From contig CAJNON010000052.1 in assembly GCA_905250065.1 (NCBI GenBank), positions 125,867 to 145,493 of the forward strand: a stretch of DNA of 19,627 nucleotides, read 5' to 3'. The position numbers were made by a program, and so were the translations under genes. Of the stretch, positions 10,842 through 19,627 are shown piece by piece (the stretch's first letter is position 1; each line of letters opens with the position of its first letter). A model generated the notes under the pieces. It was given only the letters and a program-made list of their open reading frames with translations, did not search any database and had not been told where the DNA came from. Source of the DNA: Adineta steineri. Taxonomy: Eukaryota.

Positions 10842-10932
10842 GGGTGTGGGTGTGGGTGTGGGTGTGGGTTTGGGTTTGGGTTTTGATGTGAGAGTAGTTG
10901 CGAATATTACACCCACGCCCACGCCCACGCCC
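10842..10932. repeat. Telomere-like inverted repeat 4: G-arm (GGGTGT)4(GGGTTT)2GGG / loop / C-arm ACACCC(ACGCCC)3
   Basis: gggtgtgggtgtgggtgtgggtgtgggtttgggtttgggttttgatgtgagagtagttgcgaatattacacccacgcccacgcccacgccc read directly. It shares a 30-bp core with repeat 1. Confidence 0.92.
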
Positions 10933-11142
10933 AGCCTCAATGATGGTGCATTGAATCCTATAACTATTCATACAAATGATGGTGAAATCTTTATTGGAGA
11001 TTTTAACCTACACAATTATGTTTATTCAAAGACTTATGGCGCGATTCAAAAGTGTGTCGAGAACATACCTTGTTCAATTTGTAAGAAAATAATTAGAAAA
11101 GATAAATCTATCGTATTGTACGTAAAGGATGATCAATTAGAA
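10933..11142 (+). CDS. Exon-like fragment of unknown protein starting immediately after telomere-like C-arm
   Basis: Open frame SLNDGALNPITIHTNDGEIFIGDFNLHNYVYSKTYGAIQKCVENIPCSICKKIIRKDKSIVLYVKDDQLE, ending at the strong donor-like GTAAGT at 11143. Confidence 0.4.
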
Positions 11143-11159
11143 GTAAGTCTTTTTTTGTC

Positions 11160-11653
11160 TTTATTTCTAACGTAAGTGAAGTAAGCAGCCGATTCGAGTA
11201 TTTCCACCGGCGATTCGTCTGTGATGCGTTCCAGAGGGTTCCATAAGAGTTCCAAATGCAACTCGACGAGCTCTATCCATCGGTGAAATCAGATTTCTGA
11301 TAGCTCTTACTGAATCCAAAAAAAGTCCAAAATACTATGATTTTTAGGTGTATTTTCATCGGCCGATTCGAGTATTTCCACCGGCGATTCGCCTATGATG
11401 CGTTTCAGAAGAGTTCCAGATACAACTCAACGAGCTCTATCGAATGGTGTGCTCGGATTTTTCATAGCTCAAAGTAAAATTTTTTGACCTACAGATGGCG
11501 CCACCAAAATCGAAAAAAATTTACTTTGAGCGACGAAAAATCCGAGCACACCATTCGATAGAGCTCGTTGAGTTGTATCTGGAACGCATCATAGGCGAAT
11601 CGCCGGTGAAAATACTCGAATTGGCTGCTTACTTCACCTACGTTTATTTCTAA
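11160..11653. mobile_element. Long-inverted-repeat non-autonomous element (11171-11642) flanked by 11-bp perfect direct repeat; MULE-like by TSD length
   Basis: TTTATTTCTAA at 11160-11170 and 11643-11653. Element termini are CGTAAGTGAAGTAAGCAGCCGATTCGAGTATTTCCACCGGCGATTCG and the reverse complement of the right end, CGTAGGTGAAGTAAGCAGCCAATTCGAGTATTTTCACCGGCGATTCG. The inner left arm ~11364-11485 pairs with ~11513-11640. The segment 11190-11280 is a diverged direct copy of 11364-11450. Confidence 0.85.
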
Positions 11654-12842
11654 GATAAATAGTTTTTTTTAGAGAGGCCATACATATTGTTCATTTATAA
11701 TAAATGCAAGCAATAAATATCATTTAATTGGAAAATTTTCACAACCATCAACAAATGACATAAAATGCTTGTTATACAAATTTAACAAAATTGCGAAGTA
11801 TATGGAAAAAGATTTTTAGTTTTTTTAAATTATATAATTTTATAATTTAGGTTGATCATAGAAAATGAATAAACTGGTTATTCATTTATTTTTATTTTTA
11901 TTTTGATTGAAAAAAAAGTCTAAATTATACTAAGATTGAATAAGGTTTATTTTACATTTGTCAAACATTAAGATTATATTAAGTTTAAATAAAGTTTATT
12001 CTACATTTAAAACATTAAATATATGTCGGCATGTATATCATCTGTATTGGGAAAAACATGCTTTTTTACAAAATAAAAAAAGTCACATGATTTATCGAAA
12101 TCTTATTTGAGTCTTGTATATATTATTTATTACGTATGTGTGTTTTTTCTTGCATTATGAGTGTATTAGATTGATTATATTTGTTTGTTTTGAGTAAGGA
12201 AAATTACGAAAAGATATTGATATTATTGAAAGAAAATAAATATGATGAAATATTTTCTTTTTTAACAAAATTTAAATGATATGCCTCATATATTTACTGA
12301 TCAAATACAATGGAATACTCTTATCCATACCAAAGAAAATCCTTCTTATCCACTAAAACAATCTCATCAACAACAAGTAAACGGTTAGTTCATTAGAAGA
12401 TTTTTCTTTTCATACATAGATCTGTAACGATGCCAATTTTTTTATGTTTGAAACACTACAGATAAGTTAAATGTTCGATTCTGTCGGTCTATTTCTTTTT
12501 CATAACAGGATTTTTTGAGCGTTTGAGTCTGTTTTGCTATAAAAACATCTTAGAATATACTATACTCGTTAATATAAACAATACTTATTTACACCTATTG
12601 TATAAAAGTGAGACACGCTATACAGATTAGATCGATACTATACTAGACATATTTCTGTATATATGACTACAAATTACTATACAGACAAAATAATGACCAG
12701 GTATATGTTTCTACTCAATAACTTTGCAATTGAAGATTTAAAATATTTAAATTTTTATTTAGTTTTGATAAATATATATATATCGAGTATCAATTAAGTA
12801 CTGCTGTAATTTGTTTCTTTTCATTCAGAATAAAAAATATAA

Positions 12843-13145
12843 ACAACATATACTTGTTCATATACACAATATGCAACAAGTGTTGCGATTGGAATCGTAA
12901 TACCAGGCGTGCTGGTGCTACTTGCACTTGTTATTCTGTTGGTACTTATCGTGCTACTTAGTGTGAGTATGTTGGTTCTTGTCACTGCAAATCTGATGAT
13001 CATATTTATAGTGAAATATGCAATTGTGTGCAGAGAACAAATGAGAGATTCTTCAACGTCTTACTTTGATCCTTTTTTGAAATTAAACATTGTAAAATTG
13101 TATTCGCTATTACCAAAAAAAGAACTAAATCATCAATGTGACTGA
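12843..13145 (+). CDS. Putative exon of a small transmembrane protein, unknown function
   Basis: Open frame TTYTCSYTQYATSVAIGIVIPGVLVLLALVILLVLIVLLSVSMLVLVTANLMIIFIVKYAIVC...ELNHQCD* with a strong hydrophobic segment. No family recognised. Confidence 0.3.
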   Translation, partial: TTYTCSYTQYATSVAIGIVIPGVLVLLALVILLVLIVLLSVSMLVLVTANLMIIFIVKYAIVCREQMRDSSTSYFDPFLKLNIVKLYSLLPKKELNHQCD

Positions 13146-13637
13146 TCACGTTCTTTACAAGCGCAACTAATCTTTATTTTAAGTAAGAATTAATAATATA
13201 GATCATTAATATTATTCCTAGATTTTTATTTATAATATAATGTTGATTAACATGTGAATGTTTATTTAATATGTACCTTCAACACTCACATTCTCAGCTA
13301 AAGAGTATTGTGTATGCACAATACAAACTATAGTCAATATACAACTAAGTTTCAGTATTACGATGTAGATATGGATATCGAGCATAGAAATAATACTTAC
13401 ACTCATCTGTTCTTATCTATCCAAGCGTTTTTTAAACTCTTCACAGGTAATGAAGATTTGAATTCAGTATACGATTTTTTAACAAATCAAACTATATTGA
13501 GAAATTTGATTGGTGATTCCAAGTAACAACGGCAGTTCATGTTGAACAAATATTGTTGTGACCAGTCAAAATGAACAAAGGGAGGAAAAACAAGTATAAA
13601 AAAGCTCCGTCATCATTGTTATTATCAATAGATAAAA

Positions 13638-15737
13638 ATGGTAAGCTATTTTGATGATTTGGCCGATCTATCATTGATCAAAATATTTTCTTATTTGTCT
13701 TGTGTTGATGTCGTATTGGCTTTCAGCAATATCAATACTCGTCTAACAACATTATTAACTGAACGACATTTTTATTCTCATGTTAATTTGTCATCTATAC
13801 GATATCATCGATTTCAATCAGCTCTATCTTTATTTCGATTAAATGAAATTGAGTCACTTGTCATAGACTATTCTTCATCACCCCTTCAATTAAAACGATG
13901 GTCTCATTTACCATACTTGAGAACATTAGTTGTAAAGGGTGTACGCGAATGGATTGATGTTTTCAATTTCGTAAAACAGTATGCCAACACATTAAAGCAT
14001 CTAACGGCCCAATCAAGCGAATATTTTTCTGCAGTAAGTATGGTTACACACAATATCATTGCGATTAAGAGAATCTTAAACAGCTAGTTAATAGATGTTA
14101 TGCTTATGTTTTTTTTCAAGTTTTATAATATTTTTTAAGAGATCGATGAGATGTGATATTCTATTCTGACAGAAATATTTTATTTTTTAAAGACGATTAT
14201 TTTCTTGATACATTTTGCAAGAAAATGAGTTGAAGATGATGAATCAACAGTAATCGAAAAACGAATGTCTTTTTAGTATATCACATTCAAACACTAATTA
14301 GATATTACAGATAGCTTCGTAGTGTCTGATTTGTATTGAATTTTATATATATATATGTTTTCTTTTCATATAACAAGGGTGGGATAGTAAAGGAAAATTG
14401 TTATCCATCATGGAATTTATACGATTTCCTACAAAATGTTACACACCATTTGCCTGCGCTCCAATCGCTTGATTTTGGAATAGATGTAACAATTCACTTA
14501 CATCATTGGCCTATCAGAACAATTCACACTCATCTTACTTATCTCCGTATTACATTAATTGCGCCATTGGTTCTATTCGATCTGATGATCACTCAACCAT
14601 TATCACGTACATTACAACAATTACATGTCAGACTAACTGATGAAGCCACTAATCCACATCCTACATTACCATCCGCACATGTTTGGCCACAAATGGAAGT
14701 GTTGCACACTTTTACTTTTGTCAAATCATTTAATTGACACTTTAGTAAAGAGTGGACACTGATTGATACGTTGACTTCTTGTAATATTATGCCTATGTTA
14801 CGACGAATGAATTTTTTTATTGTGATCGATACGAATGATCTTCATGGAATCTATCGCTCGGCACTCTTGACTGATTATCGGAATGTTGATGTTCATTATA
14901 TATATATGATTAATGATGATCGACAACATATTGAATTGACTAATTATCTACAACATCATTGTCGATCTCATCGCCGTAAAATGATCAGTGCAACATTTAT
15001 TTCTGAATCTTGGTCTCGTAACCAATTGCTCATGAGATCAGATGAAGTAACTTATGTTAGTTCTTGTTTGATAAAAATTATAGATTACTTTAAAGTCATT
15101 TTTTTATTTCTAGTGGAAGAAATCCAAAAATCGACAACATATATTTTACACTTTGCCATATATGTTCAATGAATTTGTTCAGTTATGTGTTCCAGACGAA
15201 TTTATAAGTAATTTGCTGGTTTTTCCATTGTATTCTTCAGTTAATTACAATGATTCGTCTCATTTGATTCAATTGAAAATGACAGACAATATTCCATCGT
15301 TGGTTACATATCTGCCGCATATAATGTCATTGAATCGAATAGTTGAACTCCATTTATTGAGATGTGATAGACAAATTTCGGTGAATTTACCAACTCATGT
15401 TGCGCGTCTTATTCTTACAGATAGTCTGGATTCATTGAATAGTTGTTTACGTTTAACCAATATCCAATCTATTCAAATTACTCTTCATTATCATAGTCCT
15501 TGTTTTGCAAACAATGATTGGGCTGCTTTGCGTACGATTTCTACTTTGCCGCTCTTAATCTCTTTACGTGTACTTTTGTATGACATGCGTGTTCAACCAG
15601 ATGATACAAGTTGTCAAATCATTTCAGAGACAGTATCAATGGTCTCTGACTTCTGTTTTTGCTTTCGACGTATTGATTTCGGAATTAATTATGACATTGA
15701 CACGGTATACACGAAGCACTCTTTATTCATCGAATAA
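13638..15737 (+). pseudogene. F-box / LRR-type protein, three exons join(13638..14033, 14378..15046, 15114..15737), with in-frame TGA at 14735-14737
   Basis: N-terminus FDDLADLSLIKIFSYLSCVDVVLAFSNINTRLTTLL is F-box-like. All three exons are phase 0 with donor/acceptor pairs gtaagt...acaag and gtaact...ttctag. Frame continuity across the stop: FVKSFN*HFSKEWTLIDTLTSCNIMPMLRRMNFFIVID. Confidence 0.7.
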
Positions 15738-16923
15738 CTAAGACAACATATTCTTGCTTTACCATTAAATGAACAACCATACGTCGTTGTTGAAGAAGAG
15801 GGCAATGGACTCGTCATATGATTTTGATTGTAAAATTAAAGCAAAGATAACCTTACCTGTGTTACTCATAAACATGTTGTATTCAATTTGTTCTCTTCTT
15901 TCTACAAAAGGATTATTTAAGAAAATCAATAAAGAGTTGTGCGAAGAAAGAACAATTTTTGTGCATTTGAAGCTTTTTTGATGTAAGGATGATTGACATA
16001 TCAAGATGTGATAATAAATTTATCATCGATAGAAAAAACTAAGAAAGAGAAACGAATGCTTGAATATATATACAAATGTTCCTTATTGCACATTTTCAAG
16101 AAAAGTATCTTCGATTTGATAATGAATTTCAATTGAAAATAGATACATTTGTATAGTTAAACAGTACGAGCGTACGTCTGAAGAAACCAATGAATTACAA
16201 TGTCAAACCCAAAATGAACTTTAAAAATCAAAAGATTCTCACAATATTGATAAGATTACTTCGTTTATTCTACGTGTTTCATTAAAAGAAATTAAAAGTA
16301 ATGATTAACAATGTTCTATTGATTTGTATTAATCTCATTCAATACTTTTAAGTATATAGAACCTCTAGAGTCAAGTTTTATTTATTTTCTTGAATTTCAA
16401 TTATTGTTGTTTTTGGAAATCAGTAATAAATATTTAATTACACATCTAATAACAATAGTAATATTGAAAATCTTTCTATTAATTTTCTAAAACAATCAAA
16501 TTTTTCTAATGTGTATAGTTATATTAAACTTCATTCTTTGGCAAACGTATTATTTATTCTCGTTAAACTTAAACCTAAGAGAAAAATTCATTATCACATG
16601 CAGAACTTCGTTAGACACATCTAATATACTGTTATTATAAAAAAAAAACTTAGTGAGAGAAATAGAAGAACTTCATACAACCATTAGTAATTTAATATTC
16701 AGAATTTACTATTACTCCAATGAGATAGACAGGAAAAAAAATAATGAGATATAATATTATTACTGGAATCGACGAATAATATCGGACGGCCGAATATTAA
16801 TAGTAAATAGTTCGGAATGCAGTAGCATCGTCGCCTACAATCCAATGACTATTGTTGATAATCATCTTGAAGACGTGACCTCAACTCTTATTGACATTGT
16901 TTTTTACATTATATATATCTTGA

Positions 16924-16990
16924 GGGTGTGGGTGTGGGTGTTAGTAGTGTATTATAGTCCCACAGCTACACCCACCCACATCCACACCCA
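16924..16990. repeat. Telomere-like inverted repeat 5: G-arm 16924-16940, C-arm 16968-16990
   Basis: gggtgtgggtgtgggtg ... acacccacccacatccacaccca. Confidence 0.88.
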
Positions 16991-17034
16991 TCAAACGCTA
17001 CAGCGTTTATTCTAGAATGCATAATTGTATATGA

Positions 17035-18783
17035 TTAAGATATATTTCTGATGATCCAAATTGAAAAATCTCTGTCTCTATCATCATTAATTTCAATGAT
17101 AATCTTGATGCCTAGTTTACGTGTTTCTTTTTCAAGCCAGGATGTTCCACGAAAATCGGTTCCAGTCGCAGAAACATGTAGAAATGTTAATTTCGATAAA
17201 TTTTGTATTACAAATAATAAAATATCTAGTTTCTCAATGTCACAGCTAAGTTGTTCAAGATTTGAAAATATTTGACAAAGTTGTTTTATTTTAGGTGAGC
17301 AATACCATCCACCGTAACCATAAGGAACAGGAAGATATAATTTTGTAATCATTTTATTTAAATATTTGCATAATTCATCGGTACCGAACAAGTTTTCTAA
17401 AACAGTGGGATTCATTTCTAATGATGATATTTGTTTTCCTTATTTTAATATTTCTGTTAATACGGGTTCTAGTTTGCCTAAGTTGTGAAGCATTGTTAAA
17501 CTCAAATGTTTGACATGAGATAAGTTAACAATTATTTTCAAATGCTTCATATCTTCCATTCGGAGAAAATGGTCCGAATAATTACATGCAATTGCATATT
17601 GGAACGTTAATGAAGTAACATAAGAAAAGCGATATTGATATTCTTCTGTTATTGCACCAGGATCGACTGTTAAATCTTCTACATTATCAAAAGTGATGAC
17701 ATTGTTGTTCATAATTTGAATAGAATATCTATTGGTTTTCAATTTTAAACTATATGAATCAAATGCATAAGGTATTGTATAAATCGATGCTCGATATGTC
17801 GATAAAATATATTCTGTATACCAATGATGTTGTTTGCACCAAAAATCACTTTGAAATTGTTTCAACTTATCACTAATCTCGTTTTCGTCTCGATTCACAA
17901 CCTCCCATTCAAAGTTGAACTTGAATACACTGAGATAAGATAATGAAGAATTTATCAAATCTTCCCATTCATCAGCGTTAATCCTATATCTGTTAAAAAG
18001 AGCATTTATTGTTAAACTTCGTAAGTTTGGTGTTTGCTTTAATAATATAAAAAGATCATCAACTCCAGCTCTGAATTTTGTTATAATCAATTTGTTAAGA
18101 TAAGTAGCATAATTATTGATAGAATATATATTTTTGGTCTCGATGCTCGAGTAAAATCGTTGAATATTTTCTATTTTTAAATATTTTAACTTCGATATAC
18201 TATTGAATATTAGAGATAAATCATCGAAATCACGAAAAGAAATAGTTAAATTTGTTATCGACGAAGCTTTATCCATAAGTTTCAAGTTCCGAGGTAATTT
18301 TGGTATGATTAATGTTCGTAGTTGAGATAGTGGTAATGTACATAATATTTCTTCTGTTTGGTAGTCACAATTGATCATGCGAAAAGAAAATAATTCAGTC
18401 ATTGATGGTAACATTGTCTTCAGATCTTTTAAATTCTTTTTCTTAAGTTTAGTCAAGGTCAATGATCGAAGGTGAACAAATTGGTTAAATGAAAAGATTG
18501 ATAAAAACCATTGAATTGGATAAGATATATTTTCATTTGATAAATGTATTGAATCAATTCGATTTTTTATTTCTTGATCAGGTAATACTGTTGTAGAAAA
18601 TGTGTCGCATATTAATTTTTGAGGAATATTTTCAAAGTCCAAATGTAATTTAATACTTCGAATAAGTTGGTTAAAACGATAATTATGTCGATCAAATGAT
18701 TGAAAAATTTGTAGAGCACTGAGATATCGAAAACATTCGATTAAGATTTCGTTTGGTAAATATTCAAATTGCATATCACTCAT
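17035..18783 (-). pseudogene. F-box/LRR-type protein with in-frame TAA at 17440-17442
   Basis: MSDMQFEYLPNEILIECFRYLSALQIFQSFDRHNYRFNQLI is F-box-like. LRR-like repeats follow (LRSLTLTKL, LRTLIIPKL, LKYLKIENI, LRSLTINAL, LKIIVNLSHVKHLSLTML). Past the stop, the same frame continues GKQISSLEMNPTVLENLFGTDELCKYLNKMITKLYLPVPYG...LTFLHVSATG. Confidence 0.75.
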
Positions 18784-19146
18784 GCTGAATACAATTTAGA
18801 ATTTATACGGAGTGTTTTTATATTGTCACAGAAAAACAAAATGCGTATTCGTTTTTATGTTGAAGCTTATTCTGATTGATAAGGAAGAACAGAAATTATA
18901 TTGCGATAAAAAAAGCGCATATCATGTGTCTCTTTGTTTCCTGTATATGACTTATGTTGGTTTTTTTTCTTATATTTATTTATTGTGTATGAAAAACAAG
19001 TTGCTTTGCTTTATTGCCTTGAAGGAATATTTGGTATTTTATGGGGAGTAGTGTTTTGATAAAAAAAAATAATCTTGATGTTAAAGAATGCGAATGAATA
19101 TACATTGATATTATATTTTAATCGAACTGAAATTGAAAAGAGGAAT

Positions 19147-19202
19147 GGGTGCGGGTGTGGGTGTCGCTATAGAAACAATCGAATATTCACATCCACCCAC
19201 AC
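19147..19202. repeat. Telomere-like inverted repeat 6 (degenerate): G-arm 19147-19164, C-arm 19188-19202
   Basis: gggtgcgggtgtgggtgt ... cacatccacccacac. The loop contains agaaacaat and cgaatatt, words also found in the loops of repeats 3 and 4. Confidence 0.8.
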
Positions 19203-19476
19203 TCTACTTTAATTAATACTTCAGATTGATTACAAACTAACAAATTGAAAAAGCGTTTGTGATGCATTTCTATAATCTTCTGTAGCACTACCAAACGGCG
19301 CTGTAAATATTCTGATGGTCTGTTGCAAAGAAGTAAGTCCTCACGTTTGCCAATAATGTACTTTTGTATTCATATGCTGATAGATTTATTTTTTTTTAAA
19401 GTGTGAAAGATGTTTAATTAGTAGTCTGCACTATAAAGTATGATTTAGTATTTAGTCATTGTTCAGAAAAAATATC

Positions 19477-19627
19477 AGTCACCTCCTCTACGTACACCTT
19501 CGTTGAAAAAGTTTTGTAGAGCTCGCAGAAGTGTCCGACCACTTGTAGAAAGGACACCTGTATGTATGGAAACAATTTCAAGATCGTTGATTGACGACGG
19601 TAAATTAGTAATTAATTCTTTCGCACG
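19477..19627 (+). CDS. Possible exon of an unknown gene running off the window
   Basis: Open frame QSPPLRTPSLKKFCRARRSVRPLVERTPVCMETISRSLIDDGKLVINSFA to the window end. Composition looks coding but nothing is recognised. Confidence 0.25.

Noticed and set aside
10846-10932. N-terminal part (MGVGVGVGLGLGFDVRVVANITPTPTPTPS) of ORF 10846..11175
   Set aside because: This is translated hairpin repeat, not protein. Only sequence from 10933 on looks coding.
3439-15737. Stop-codon reassignment as an explanation for in-frame stops
   Set aside because: The three in-frame stops are TAG, TGA and TAA, and the NHL and EEP genes read through with normal stops, so scattered nonsense mutations are simpler.
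18812-19051. Plus-strand 79-aa ORF MFLYCHRKTKCVFVFMLKLILI...
   Set aside because: AT-rich, Cys/Tyr/Phe-biased translation with no recognisable domain or gene context. Likely a chance ORF.
1-19627. CRISPR arrays, tRNA/rRNA genes, prokaryotic operons or reverse transcriptase/transposase genes
   Set aside because: I scanned by eye and saw no evenly spaced short repeats with unique spacers, no recognisable RNA genes, and no RT/transposase motifs. Introns and protein families indicate a eukaryotic genome.

Overview
AT-rich eukaryotic window that looks like a subtelomeric or accessory region of a bdelloid rotifer. That assignment is an inference from TGTGGG-type telomeric motifs, NHL/B-box/F-box family genes, short introns and a fungal-type amino-acid permease. 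Supported genes or fragments: a two-exon secreted PAN/EGF-like + NHL-repeat gene (-); a C-terminal fragment resembling DUF3684; a 5'-truncated fungal-type amino-acid permease with an in-frame TAG; a B-box-like zinc-finger ORF; an endonuclease/exonuclease/phosphatase (TDP2-like) gene; several small membrane or unknown ORFs; a three-exon F-box/LRR-type gene with an in-frame TGA; and a second F-box/LRR gene (-) with an in-frame TAA. The most unusual signal is a set of six short G-arm/loop/C-arm structures, 5'-(GGGTGT)n ... (ACACCC)n-3', near 4.14, 6.67, 9.87, 10.84, 16.92 and 19.15 kb. All six have the same head-to-head arrangement expected of telomere-telomere junctions. Several abut broken coding sequence, and two share a 30-bp identical unique core, which also fits a small dispersed palindromic element. 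The window also holds a ~470-bp long-inverted-repeat element flanked by a perfect 11-bp direct repeat, a ~180-bp MITE-like element with ~60-bp terminal inverted repeats, and a ~73-bp tandem repeat array.
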